The notes beneath the pieces were generated by a model. The model had not been told where the DNA came from. It saw only the letters and a program-made list of their open reading frames with translations, and searched no databases. Below, one piece after another: positions 12,306-24,858 of a stretch of 64,000 bases of DNA (its first letter is position 1; every line of letters starts with the position of its first letter). Origin of the DNA: Octopus bimaculoides (Eukaryota); NCBI RefSeq assembly GCF_001194135.2, contig NC_068983.1, positions 29,913,511 through 29,977,510 on the forward strand. The letters are read 5' to 3'. The translations under genes were made by a program, and so were the position numbers.

Positions 12306-13540
12306 CTAGTATGCTTTAGTTTCCATATTTAAATAGTTAATTTTATTATTTAGCAAAGTGAACAATGTTTTAGCATAGTTGGAGTTTATTTACAATGATG
12401 ATTTTTATTCCTATATAAATCAGTGCTTAACTTGGGGATTAAATCAAAACAAACTTATTAATTTGTCATTCTACAAAATCATGCATATTGGATGAATTGG
12501 CTTTCATGCCTCTGATTTGTCATTTCCCTATTTTAAATATATAAACCTTTTTATGTGTGATACTATGATAATCTCAAAGCTAAAAAAATGACTGACTGCA
12601 AAGAATAAACTTGAGATATGGAGATTAAATTATGACTAATTATGAATGCTAGCATGACTGTTAGGAACTCCATTTCACAACCATGTAATTCCAAATTCAT
12701 TCCCAGTGTGAGGCACCTTGGACCACACACTGGGGATATTTTGCCTGAGTTTTTTTATACAAGTATTCTTTTGTTATTCTCACCTTCAGAAATGCAATGA
12801 ACTGGTGAGTGGCCTATTGAAAGTATGTAACCAATAAAACTGTCACTCGCAAAAAAAAAAAAAAAAAAAGATCAACTATCAACTTGTCACCATTATTTTA
12901 ATAGTAGTGTCATGAAGGAAAATAATTATTTTATTAATTGAAACAATTGTTCTCTAGTTAAAATTATATCATTTACCAATTCATTATTGTTGAGTAATAT
13001 TATCTGTATATCTCTTAGTAAAAATATTATATATTTTATTTTTGTTAAAAAAAATAGAATTTGAGAAGTTATCTGAAAGAAGTTGGTGACTTGTATAGTG
13101 TAAGTTAAAGTAAGGCTTATGATGAAATGAAAATGTAAGTGGAGTTTGGTAGTCTTTAGTTGATCAGGCTTATGACCAATGGCATTCTAGTCATGGCCAT
13201 CCTACCTTTTTATCAAATATTTGACTATATTATCCCGTATATCTTTCCTTTGTTTAAGTTGGTGTGATTTGAGGGAGCTTTAGCTGCTATTTTTTGTAGA
13301 TTGAATGACTTACAGTGTCTGGTCTGGTCTGGTTTGGTAATACCTATATTTGTAATGTTTTTTAAACTGAATTTTCTTTGTGGATGATTAAATATAATGC
13401 TAGCATTGAATCTAATAATTTGATAAGAAAGACAGCCATGTATTCAACGTATAGTAGAAAAAAATTAACTTTGTATTTATTTCATTGTTAATTTTTTAAT
13501 TACGACTTTTAAAATTTAATTGTCTTGTTCTTCTTTAAAG

Positions 13541-13614
13541 GAATGAATGCAGCCGTCCGGGCTGTTGTCCGGATGGGAATATATCTAGGATGCAAAGTAT
13601 ACTTCATCAAAGAG
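13541..13614 (+). CDS. Pfk: Pfk exon 2 ([25 protein letters not shown])
   Basis: ttctttaaag| acceptor, |gtaagc donor; follows an 11.5-kb intron 1. Confidence 0.96.
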
Positions 13615-13888
13615 GTAAGCAGCTACACATAATTTCACCATTACAAGGTACTCAGATATAAGGACATTTATGTTTTAGATTGAAAATGATAGCATTTATG
13701 GCTTACCAGGAAATTTAGATTTCATGAATGGTAAATTTAAGATATTCTACCTGAATACAAATAGATTTAGTAAATTAAATTTCATAAAGTGAAATTTTTA
13801 ATTTATTAATCACATGATGTATTGTTAAATTAGAAATCACTGATTTAGAATTTCATTTCACAAAATCATATTTTATTCTATTTGTTCT

Positions 13889-14041
13889 CTACACTCTCTG
13901 AGTGGTTGGCGTTAGGAAGGGCATCCAGCTGTAGAAACTCTGCCAAATCAGACTGGAGCCTGGTGTTGCCATCCGGTTTCACCAGGCCTGTCAAATCGTC
14001 CAACCCATGCTAGCATGGAAAGTGGACTTTAAACGATGATG
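13889..14041 (+). mobile_element. Family D 3' fragment
   Basis: Same 3' block. Confidence 0.85.
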
Positions 14042-14624
14042 TTTGTGGAAGCCAAGCCATATACTAATGTACCTTCATATGACAGGCTTTCACCTCTTGA
14101 AGCCCTAAGATCAGCTATCGGACATTTATCACTATTCAAATACTCACTTTGTTAAATGTTTTCCTAATGCAAGGTTTTGTTATTTTCAGTATAATTACAT
14201 CTACTTCACTTGTGTACCAAAGCTATGTCTAATCTAATAGCTCAATGTAATTTCTTCATTTATTTGCTACGTAAGGCTTTCTATTACATGATCAAAGTAT
14301 TACTGTTTTTGTGAATAAAGTGTTGATCTATAAAATGTTACTGATGAGTAATGACGTCCTATCATATCTTTAGCATTTGCTTCAGTCAAGACTAGCTCTG
14401 GCAGCAGAGAATAAAAATAAAAGGAATAGGCTATCTTGATGAGGGGTTGCTGCTCTGTTCTAATTGGAAATTAACTATTAGTGTAGTAATTGCAAAAGAA
14501 TGTTTTGATTTACTATTAGCTGAATTCAATTCTTACTTAAGATATTGTATAAAACAAAGTTGAATTTATAAAACTTTCAGATGCTGTTTTTTAAATATAT
14601 ATATATGTATATTTTGTGAAACAG

Positions 14625-14702
14625 GGATACCAAGGAATGGTAGATGGTGGAGACAATATTGTGGAAGCAACATGGGCACAGGTGTCTGGAATGATGAATC
14701 TT
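14625..14702 (+). CDS. Pfk: Pfk exon 3 ([26 protein letters not shown])
   Basis: aaacag| acceptor, |gtatgt donor, phase 0/0. Confidence 0.96.
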
Positions 14703-14780
14703 GTATGTATTTCTTTTTGCCTTTCTTTGTGTAATGGTTTTAAATGATTCTGACTGATTACTAATACAGGACTAAGTAAC

Positions 14781-15000
14781 AAGGCAGCAAGCTGGCAGAG
14801 TCATTAGCACACCAGGCAAAATGCTTAGTGGCATTTTGTCTTTTTTTTCACATTCTGAGTTCAAATTCTGCCGAGCTCAGCTTTGTCTTTCATCGTTTCA
14901 GGGTCAATAAAATAAATACCAGTTGAACACTGGGGTCGATGTAATCAACTTATACCCTCCCCCGAAATTGCTGGCCTTGTATCAAAACTTGAAATCAATA
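14781..15000 (+). mobile_element. SINE family E
   Basis: Head ggcagcaagctggcagag, B-box-like gagttcaaattc, ggggtcgatgtaatc body; related copies at 57932 and 59668. Confidence 0.75.
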
Positions 15001-15142
15001 AAGATTAAGTAATATTAGAGATGTAATCTAAAAAGAATCTTATCAATAGCATTCATACAAGTAATCAGTTGTTAGCTTGGTTAAAGATCTTGTATAAAAT
15101 GAAAAGAACAGGAATATTTAGACTTCAAGATAGGCATTTTAA

Positions 15143-15363
15143 CCCTTTTGATGCCAACCCACCTGAGTCAACTCTCAATTCTATGATACAAACTCATTGT
15201 CTTAAAGTGATCACATTTAAAGCCATTTGTTAAAATTTCATGTTAATTGATGTTCCAAATACCAGGTTGATAATGACATGGTTATTTTACTAAATTATTC
15301 CTTACTTTAAAAATAAATTGTAACATAGGCAATATATTGCTCAGAAATACAGTAATGAAAGAG
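15143..15363. mobile_element. Degenerate TTAA-type MITE upstream of Pfk exon 4
   Basis: ttaa|cccttt start; gaaagag|ttga degenerate end. Confidence 0.45.
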
Positions 15364-15480
15364 TTGAAAAATATTGTTTCAATATTCTTGTTGTGTTTGG
15401 AAAATATCAGTTGTGAAAAAGGAAATTGAGAATTCCTGAAATTAAAATAACAAAAAAGATTTTTCTTTAATTTCTTATAG

Positions 15481-15670
15481 GGTGGTACAATAATTGGAAG
15501 TGCACGATGTATGTCTTTTCGTGAAAGGGAAGGTCGTTTGACTGCTGCTCTCAATTTGGTAAAACAGAACATTACCAACTTAGTGGTTATTGGAGGTGAT
15601 GGTAGTTTAACCGGTGCAAACAAATTTCGTATGGAATGGCAGTCATTACTACAAGAGCTAGTGGAACAAG
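15481..15670 (+). CDS. Pfk: Pfk exon 4 ([10 protein letters not shown]...[11 protein letters not shown]...ELVEQ)
   Basis: tttcttatag| acceptor, |gtgagt donor; contains the GGDGS motif. Confidence 0.97.
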
Positions 15671-15795
15671 GTGAGTAAAAGATATTTAATATTGTATTAG
15701 AATTATTTAATTAGTTACTTCTCTGTCAGTGAATGTATGTACTTTGACACATAGGCGCAAGTGTCACTTTGTTGTTGAGAAACTTGCTTCCCAAA

Positions 15796-15829
<34 letters not shown>

Positions 15830-16042
15830 NNNNNNNNNNNNNNNNNNNNNNNNNNNNNNNNNNNNNNNNNNNNNNNNNNNNNNNNNNNNNNNNNNNNNNN
15901 NNNNNNNNNNNNNNNNNNNNNNNNNNNNNNNNNNNNNNNNNNNNNNNNNNNNNNNNNNNNNNNNNNNNNNNNNNNNNNNNNNNNNNNNNNNNNNNNNNNN
16001 NNNNNNNNNNNNNNNNNNNNNNNNNNNNNNNNNNNATATATA

Positions 16043-16444
16043 GGCACAGGAGTGGCTGTGTGGTAAGTAGCTTGCTTACCAACCACATGGTTCTGGGTTC
16101 AGTCCCACTGCGTGACACCTTGAGCAAGTGTCTTCTACTATAGCCTCGGGCCGACCAAAGCCTTGTGAGTGGATTTGGTAGACGGAAACTGAAAGAAGCC
16201 CATCGTATATATGTATGTGTGTATATGTTTGTGTGTCTGTGTTTGTTCCCCCAACTTTTGCTTGACAACCGAGGCTGGTGTGTTTATGTCCCCATAACTT
16301 AGTGGTTCGGCAAAAAGAAACCAATAGAATAAGTTCTAGGCTTACAACAAGTAAGTCCTGGGGTTGATTTGCTCGACTAAAAAAGGTGGTGCCCCAGGAT
16401 GGCTGCAGTCAAATGACTGAAATAAGTAAAAGAGAGTAAAGAGT
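16043..16444 (+). mobile_element. SINE family A, full length
   Basis: Pol III A-box-like TGGCTGTGTGG and B-box-like GGTTCAGTCCC, central microsatellite, (AAAGAGT)n tail. Confidence 0.9.
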
Positions 16445-16538
16445 ATATATAATATGTGTATATAATGTAGTGTGTGTGTTTATGTTCAGTACCTGTAATT
16501 ATATTATGGCTTACATTTTATATATGATTTATTAACAG

Positions 16539-16704
16539 GTCATATTACTAAAGATCGTATGGAATCATGTAAGCATCTTAACATTGCTGGCATGGTTGGT
16601 TCTATTGACAATGACTTTTGTGGAACTGACATGACAATTGGTACAGATTCAGCCTTGCATAGAATTATGGAGGCTATTGATGCTATTGCAACTACTGCAT
16701 CGAG
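16539..16704 (+). CDS. Pfk: Pfk exon 5 (GHITK...[23 protein letters not shown]...TAS-S)
   Basis: ttaacag| acceptor, |gtaaaa donor; contains the catalytic SIDND motif. Confidence 0.97.
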
Positions 16705-16873
16705 GTAAAATATTATTTTACAGCTTTCACATCCTATTATTGCTTGGGAATATTTAAAGAAGAACATAATTGTATACTGTATTACAGTATTTTCTGGCAT
16801 ACAAGTTGAATTTTGCAGACCAAAATTTGCAGCCAGAAAAATATAGGTTAACTTATATACCATGACTAGCAGT

Positions 16874-17245
16874 GGAGGCGCAATGGCCCAGTAGTTAGGG
16901 CAGCGGACTCGCAGTCAAAGGATCGCGGTTTCGATTCCCAGACCGGGCGTTGTGAGTGTTTATTGAGCAAAAACACCTAAAAGCTCCACAAGGCTCCGGC
17001 AGGGGATGGTGGCGAACCCTGCTGTACTCTTCCACCACAACTTTCTCTCACTCTTACTTCCTGTTTCTGTTGTGCCTGTAATTCAAAGGGGCAGCTTTGT
17101 CACGCTGAATATCCCCGAGAACTACGTTATGGGTACACGTGTCTGTGGAGTGCTCAGTCACTTGCACGTTAATTTCACGAGCAGGCTGTTTCGTTGATCG
17201 GATCAACTGGAACCCTCGACGTTGTAAGTGACGGAGTGCCAACAA
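16874..17245 (+). mobile_element. tRNA-derived SINE family B with 13-bp TSD
   Basis: Head ggaggcgcaatggcccagtagttagg, B-box-like gtttcgattccc, (CAA)n tail; TSD CATGACTAGCAGT at 16861-16873 and 17246-17258. Confidence 0.92.
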
Positions 17246-17249
17246 CATG

Positions 17250-18066
17250 ACTAGCAGTAATACCTGTTGTTGATCAGGTAATTAATTTTACTGTTTCTTG
17301 GGCTGAGAAGTTAGAAAAATTGGTATATCATATAGAAGGAAGGATAGCTTCACGGAATCCAGTTGACTGCGACGGCACTGAAAAGGCTGCAGATCAAGTG
17401 GAACATCACTGTTCATATAGAAAAAGCATTGCACGTCGTGCATTTTTTTGGTTTTCGTTTTTTGGCGGTCTTTTTTTAGTAGACATTTTGTTTTTATTAG
17501 GAATATCAGTGAGTAATAGTGAAATGATATTACAAATGCTGTGTCCTGTCAGTGTTAGTGCTGAAATTTCAGCGCTATATTACAGGAACTGAAGGCATGA
17601 CAATGGTAAGTAATAGTCCAATGAAATTACAAATGCTGTGTCCTGTCAGTCAGATTTAGGTTTACTCATCCTGTATGATGTGTGTATTATATAAGAAAAA
17701 GACGTAATAATTTAAGTAGAAAAAAAGATGGCTTTCATATGCAAACTTCTGTTTGTTCTTCAAGTTGCAATCCAGCAACTTTTAGTGTTTGGTCCTGACT
17801 TTTATTAAAGCTCATGGCAAAAGAAAGTAGGATAGGAAACTGTAAGGGCTTAAATTTGAATGGGACATTAGATGTCCCATTCGCATAACTGGTATGTGAA
17901 GAACGAAGACAGTGTCACGTTTACCACAACCAGTGAGAATATTTGCCTCAATGCAGTTCATCATAGGTTTGTGCACAATTAGTGTTGCCTCCCTTGAACC
18001 ATTTAGTTTCATTTTATGGGACAAACAAATACACAAACGGACAGAATCTCTCTTTTATATAAATGT
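17250..18066 (+). mobile_element. Possible non-autonomous Helentron/HINE-like element
   Basis: 5' ACTAG followed by hairpin TACCTG-N8-CAGGTA; 3' acaaacggacagaatctctcttttatataaat; internal 24-bp direct repeat ttacaaatgctgtgtcctgtcagt. Confidence 0.45.
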
Positions 18067-18234
18067 ATGACTTTGGCAGACCAAAAATTCCATGTGAAAT
18101 ATATCAGGATTTGGAAAGATAGTGATGTTGTTTGAATGTTTACACTACATTCTACATCAGCTTGTATGCCTGAAAATACAGTGAGTTTTTTTTTTTTTTT
18201 CCCCCATTGATTAACTTTATTTCTTTTATTGTAG

Positions 18235-18279
18235 CCATCAGAGATGCTTCGTTATGGAAGTGATGGGTCGACATTGTGG
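18235..18279 (+). CDS. Pfk: Pfk exon 6 (SHQRCFVMEVMGRHCG)
   Basis: ttattgtag| acceptor, |gtaagt donor; 45 nt. Confidence 0.96.
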
Positions 18280-18759
18280 GTAAGTAATTCTCATTTGGTA
18301 TTTTTTAAAAACATTTGGAACTAATATGATTATATCTGTATATTTGGTCTTGTATAGATTTATTTATAGAAGCTATCAATGCTATATGTAATAGTGATGA
18401 GTTTCAGTTAAAATGTCAGAAAATAATGTTTGAACTGCACCTATGTTAGGCGTATTACCAGAAGATGCCTAGCATAAAAATCTCATTTTCAGCTAATCAG
18501 TTATTTTGTAATTATATATTTCATGTCATTTTGTGAAGAAGATAGCATTGTTGGTTATATATACTTCCAATAGGTTAATCACAAGTTAATGTCATTTTAA
18601 ATCACAAGTTCATATCATTGGCAAGAGTAGCAGGGAAGTTTCTATGAAACTTGATTAGAATATTTTTATAAGTTTTCGTGCCCATGTTTACAACTTACAT
18701 TTATATACATTGATAAAATAGATTTATGTACATACGTGCATGCACACACACGCACACGC

Positions 18760-18799
<40 letters not shown>

Positions 18800-19100
18800 T
18801 TAGGTAGTTGCAGTATGATTAAAAGTTTAAGAAGTTTTACTTCACAATCATGACTTCTTTTTGATTCCACTGTGTGGTACTTTGGGCAAGTATAATTTTT
18901 TATAGCCTCAAGCTGATTGGTAACTTGTAAGTTAAATCAAGGAGATGGAAACTGTGTTGAAGCCTACCAACTTTCATGCTAATTCCATGAACCTGGTAGT
19001 ATAGTTGATTGAACAACTAAACAGCCATGGTTGGAAAGCTTGACTAAGATCTGTTTTACGCACGCACACACACGCACGCACGCACGCACGCGCGCGCGCG

Positions 19101-19400
19101 TGAAGGCACATGGTTTAGTGGCTAGGCATATTCGACTCTCGACTGTAAGGTCATGAGTGTGATTCCCAGCAATGCATAGTGTTGTTGAGCAAGGCACTTT
19201 ATTTCAGGTTCCTCCTGTCCACTCAACTCACAAAACGAGTTGTACCTGTAATTCTAGGGTCCTGCCTTGTTGCATTCTGTATCACATTGAATCTCCCTAA
19301 GAACTACATTGAGGGCACACATGTCACTTGCACATTAATTTCATGAGCAAGCTCTTTAGTTAACTAAACCGACTGGAGCACTTGTCATCATAACTAACAG
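19101..19400 (+). mobile_element. SINE family B-related, old copy
   Basis: Degenerate head and the aatctccctaagaactac...cacttgcacattaatttcatgagc block. Confidence 0.6.
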
Positions 19401-20419
19401 TGTGCCTGGTGGTCACACATGCATGTGCACTCACAAAGAAATGCTCATTACTTGCCTTGTCTAATTTATCTAATTGACATTTAAGAAATGTAATCAATAT
19501 TTTATGTTGTAATTATTTGTATTTGCTTCATCATCAATTTTATGATAACTTTAAAAGTATTCAAATAAAAACAAAACAGCATTAATTAAATTTACAGTTT
19601 TGCTACTCCTCTGGCTGTAGTTTTTTCTTTTTTTTTTTCTTTTGTGATTTGAGATTTATAAGTTTTCTTTTAATAGAAATTGTCTACATACATATATATT
19701 TTTTGTCTACATCTGTCTACCTTGCTCTTTCTCCCCATCACTCTGTTTTTCTTACTTACTGATCATTCTTCCTAATGCAAAATCCAGATAAAAGGGAGGG
19801 ACGAGTGTTCATTGTATTTGTGGGTTGGGTAACTCTGAGATTTCATGTTGTTCGTGTTCGGTTTGAATTTATGTATGGCACCATCCTCAAAGAAAATACT
19901 GGTAGGGGAGGAAATTCAGTGGATTGCAACTCTGGGAAGGAATGGCTTCATAAATTTAATGTCATTGTGCATACTTTTTATGTTTACAGTTTTGGGTGTT
20001 TTTGCCCTGTTTACTTCATACATTTACAAGTTAAGATTGGGCAAATGAACTTGATTCTAATTATTTGCTATTCAAAAATAAACTATATTTTACTTTTGAA
20101 ATATCAAAATTTGGAAAACTTGTTTAATGGAAATAAAAAATTACAATTAAAAAAAGTAAATCTGGAATAATTAAAAGCAAAAAAGGGTTTTCTGTTACAT
20201 ATCCACAATAAAAACAAACTGGTATCTGTTTCTACCCTTGGAAGACTGTGACCAATTGAATAATGTTCTTTGCCTTGGGTGGATACAGGACTATGACTAA
20301 CCTCTAAAATTATCTTTAGGGAATCCAACACATTCATATTAGATATCTATGATAAAACTGATTTCAAATAAAAGCATATAATTGTTGATGTCAATAGAAA
20401 TATCAAATTTTCTTTCCAG

Positions 20420-20528
20420 CTATTTAGCCTTAGTTGCTGCTTTGGCGAGTGAGGCTGATTGGGTTTTCATTCCTGAATGGCCCCCAGAGCAAGGTTGGCA
20501 AGATGTTCTTTGCAACAAATTAGCTGTT
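20420..20528 (+). CDS. Pfk: Pfk exon 7 ([22 protein letters not shown]...KLAV)
   Basis: tctttccag| acceptor, |gtaagt donor. Confidence 0.96.
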
Positions 20529-20633
20529 GTAAGTTGAATATTTTCAGAATCATTTTGGAATTAAATGATTATATTAAAGATAATTTTTTTTTTTTTAACA
20601 TTTTAAAAATTTTATCTACATTTCTTATTTTAG

Positions 20634-20729
20634 GAGAGGACACTTGGTCAAAGGCTGAACATCATCATTGTAGCTGAAGGTGCAATTGACCGAGAGGGTA
20701 ATCCCATAACAGGAGACATGGTGAAGAAG
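20634..20729 (+). CDS. Pfk: Pfk exon 8 ([19 protein letters not shown]...MVKK)
   Basis: ttttag| acceptor, |gtaaag donor; follows a 105-nt intron. Confidence 0.96.
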
Positions 20730-21796
20730 GTAAAGATTAACAATATTGGATGTTATTCCAACTTTATTAGTACTTGACTCTTAAAATTATAATCCAATAG
20801 CAGATAAGTTTCTTTTTATTCCTAAATATTTTAGGTTCAGTGATGCAACAATATATGTTAAAATGAAGGCATATCTATCATCACCATAATTTTCATCATC
20901 ATTTGTATCCATCTTCCATTTGTTAGAGGGTTTGACAAGATGCAATGAGTTGAAGGACTGCATCATGCTTCAGTGCCTGCTTTAGTTTCTATGGATGGAT
21001 GCTCTACCTAAAACCAACCACTTTACTAAGTGTACTGGATGCTTTATTTCATGGCATCTACAGTAGTGAAGTCACTCTGTAATTTGCATTTCTAAAGAGT
21101 TCTCTAAACTGTGTGTGTGTGTTGTATACAGGCATGCACACATGGGTGCATGTATACAACACTAAACAGTAGCTAGCATTCCATTAAATAACCCTAGGAA
21201 AGCTTACAGGATTTTAAGTATACTATGTCCTTGATATTTTATCTTGCTTGGGACTGTCTATCTCTCAATAACCCAACTCCACCCACCCACACACACACAC
21301 ATTTTATAATATAACCAATTAATATGCCTCCTAATTTATTAAAAAAGGGAACATTTTTCAAAGTGAAGAAATCTAAACGAGTGAGATATACTGTTATTTA
21401 TTGTCCATGTCTGTTTTCATTGGATTTCCTCTCAACTAAATGTCCAATAATTCATAAACCATATGGATACATATACTGCTTCACATTTTCAATAACACTC
21501 TTCATTTTTTTTTTTTTTTGTTCCATGCTATTATGGGCTGAAGTGTAAAATCACTATAATATCAAGTCACTGCTAGTTTGTACATATCCTCTGATAGCCC
21601 AGCTTAAATGAAATTTCCTTGTATATTTTTAGAGAGACCGTCAGTCATTTCTTCATGTGTAAAAAGCAGTCTGGCACAGCTAGCTCCAGATTTCATAATA
21701 CCCCAAGTGTTCTGAAGTTAACTGAACCGGGGCTTATCTAATGTATTGTATCATTTGGTCACTCCTCAAAAAATTGTATATATATAAATATATATA

Positions 21797-22090
21797 TCAT
21801 CATCATCGTTTAACGTCCGCTTTCCATGCTAGCATGGGTTGGACGATTTGATTGAGGACTGGTGGACCAGGAGGTGACACCAGGCTCCAATCTGATTTGG
21901 CAGAGTTTCTACAGCTGGATGCCCTCCCTAACGCCAACAACTCTGAGAGTGTAGTGGGTGCGTTTACGTGCCACCGGCACGAGGGCCAGTCAGGCAGGTA
22001 CTGGCGACGGCCATGCTCAAAATGGTGTATTTTATGTGTCACCTGCACAGGAGCCAGTCCATCGGCACTGGCAACGATCTCGCTCGAATG
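21797..22090 (-). mobile_element. Family D copy (antisense, Pfk intron 8)
   Basis: Reverse complement of 24565-24850. Confidence 0.88.
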
Positions 22091-22336
22091 TTTTTTCAGA
22101 TGGTGCCATACATATAATATATATTCCAAATCACTGAGTAATAGTTTACTGTGAGTACCTATGAATGGTAGCCACAACTCTTAAAACCCTTATAATAAAA
22201 AGGAGCATAAAAATAGTACAAGAGAAAACCAGTGAAACAAGCATTCACTTATAAACTTACATGCACATCTATATATGCTTACATACCTTGATGGAATTAT
22301 CAATCCATAAATATTGTTTTGTACATTATTTTTTAG

Positions 22337-22459
<123 letters not shown>

Positions 22460-22830
22460 TGAACTATTTTGATATACTGTTATTAAATCTTAGATATTTG
22501 AAATATTTAACATTTCTCTCTCTCTCTTTTTTTTTTTTCAACTATTTCAATTTACATGATTTATAAAAAGTATTTTAAGCAACCTTAATGGAATTCAATT
22601 ATTTTACATTCATAAGTTTATTATGTTATATAACCAAGTTTCCACAAGTACTACTTTGAAATCTAATTGTCTTTTTTTTTTTTTTTTTTTTTTTTTCTTT
22701 TTTTTGTAAAAATTTAGTTTTAAACTCATAAATTAAATATGTTACTAGCTACACCACAGTAGAAGTATCTGTTCTGTTGTTTAAAGAGGTTTTAAAATAT
22801 ATATATGCTAATCATTGTCTATCTTTGTAG

Positions 22831-22956
22831 GGCTCTAGAATGGGTGCAGAGGCAGTTTTAGCCTTAATGGAAGCAACTCCAGATACTCCCGCCTGTGTTG
22901 TATCTCTTGAAGGTAACCAGACTGTTCGAGTCCCACTTTTGGAATGTGTTGAACGG
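22831..22956 (+). CDS. Pfk: Pfk exon 10 ([17 protein letters not shown]...ECVER)
   Basis: ctttgtag| acceptor, |gtgagt donor. Confidence 0.96.
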
Positions 22957-23090
22957 GTGAGTTTCATAATTACAAGTGTATCTAATTGCTGAATAAAATG
23001 TTATCCATATAATAATGAAATTACGTTATTCAACAGTTTGTATTAGTCTTATTAGGTATTAAAACAATTATAGATGAAAAAAATTTTATT

Positions 23091-23491
23091 GGTGCCAGTG
23101 TAGCTGTGTAGTAAGGAGCTTGCTCCCAACCACATGATTCCGAGTTCAGCCCCACTGCGTGACACCTTGGGCAAGTGTCTTCTACTATAGCCTCAGGCCA
23201 ACCAAAGCCTTGTGAGTGGACTTGGTAGATGGAAACTGAAGGAAACCCGTTGTATATATATATGTGTGTGTTTGTGTGTCTGTGTTTGTCCCCCCACCAC
23301 TACCATCGCTTGACAACCGATGCTGGTGTGTTTACGTCCCTGTAACTTAGCGGTTCGGCAAAAAGAGACTGATAGAATAAGTACTAGGCTTACAAAGAAT
23401 AAGTCCTAAGGTCGATTTGCTTGACTAAAAACGGTGCTCCAGCATGGCCGCAGTCAAATGACCGAAACAAGTAAAAGAGTAAAGAGAGAGT
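23091..23491 (+). mobile_element. SINE family A, full length
   Basis: Co-linear with the 16043 copy. Confidence 0.9.
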
Positions 23492-23717
23492 AAGGTTTCA
23501 ATTTATGACTGCAGAGTAGTTAAGCACATTTAATCTCAGTTATGGTCTCTTGTAAAAGTCATTTCAAGAAACTTTTTACTTATACATCAAACACTATTTC
23601 ATTATTTATTGAGGTTTAATTTTTGGTATATTCATTCAAAAACAATAGAAATAGCAACTAATATTTATTTTGTAAAAGAATCCTAATTTCTATATATTTT
23701 AACTTTTTATTTTTCAG

Positions 23718-23782
23718 ACTCAAGCTGTTCAAAAGGCTATGGATGAAAAAAATTTTGATGAAGCTGTTAGATTGAGAGGAAG
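23718..23782 (+). CDS. Pfk: Pfk exon 11 (TQAVQKAMDEKNFDEAVRLRG-R)
   Basis: tttttcag| acceptor, |gtatta donor. Confidence 0.95.
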
Positions 23783-24272
23783 GTATTAAATCATTTGATA
23801 CTGTAAAATTATTTGGGGAAAAATGCTTGTGATTGGTTAAACCTTGACATAAATTAATAGCATAGTTTTTGTAAGATATTGAAGAAAAAAAAGTTAATTG
23901 ATATAACTTAACAAAATGTAAAAATTTATTGAAGCCTTAAAAAGAATACCAAATTTTAATAATTTAAAGAAAAAATGTGAAATAATTAAACATATAAAAG
24001 GGCATTTCTATAACATAGAAAGAGTTGTATATCTCAAATTGTTTTAAATTCTGAGATAATTTAATTCTGATCACAGAAATCCTAAAAGTATTAATGGCTG
24101 TGAAATTAAGCTGCTGGACGAGTGACCACATAGCTTTTAGAAGTTCAAATCCTATCACAATCATTGTCTCCCATAATAAGGTACACAACTCTTCATGGCT
24201 AGGTGGTTAGCTGCAAAAACAATTGCTTCTTCAAAATTTAACTTGTTCAAGTGTGTATGTATGAACACTAAA

Positions 24273-24858
24273 CTTGGCTTGCGAAGACCTGTTGAGGCAA
24301 GCGAAAGCGAAATCATGATGGCACTTGTACCAGTGGAGCACTAAGAGCACCGTCCGAGTGTGATCGTTGCCAGAGCAGTTGTCTGGCTTCCATGCCGGTG
24401 GCAGGTAAATAGCACCAGCGTGATCGTTATCAACGTCGCTTTCCTGGCACGTGAAAAGTCATTCGAGCGAGATCGTTGCCAGTGCCGATGGACTGGCTCC
24501 TGTGCAGGTGGCACATAATACACCATTTTGAGCGTGGCCTTTGCTAGTAAGACATCCGAGCGAGATCGTTGCCAGTGCCCCTGGACTGGCCCTTGTGCAG
24601 GTGGCACGTAAAATACACCATTTCGAGCGTGGCCGTTGCCAGTACCCGCCTGACTGGCCCTCGTGCCGGTGGCACATAAAGGCACCCACTACACTCTCGG
24701 AGTGGTTGGCGTTAGGAAGGGCATCCAGCTGTAGAAACTCTGCCAAATCAGATTGGAGCCTGGTGTAGCCATCTGGTTCACCAGTCCTCAGTCAAATCGT
24801 TCAACCCATGCTAGCATGGAAAGCGGACGTTAAACGATGACAATGATGATGATGATGA
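24273..24858 (+). mobile_element. Family D, long copy with internal ~95-bp modules (Pfk intron 11)
   Basis: Repeated cgagcgagatcgttgccagtgcc...gtgcaggtggcac...tacaccatt modules followed by the common 3' block. Confidence 0.88.

Noticed and set aside
2050-13540. Alternative first coding exon inside intron 1
   Set aside because: No second TSGGD-encoding phase-1 exon found by eye
14703-15480. U12-type introns (GTAT donors in introns 3, 11, 18)
   Set aside because: None match GTATCCTT; ordinary U2 sites
16043-16115. tRNA genes at SINE heads
   Set aside because: A/B-box-like motifs continue into SINE bodies with tails or TSDs; no complete cloverleaf
18280-20419. Mutually exclusive alternative of exon 7
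   Set aside because: No second EADxxFIPE-like exon found in any frame of intron 6; intron 7 is only 105 nt
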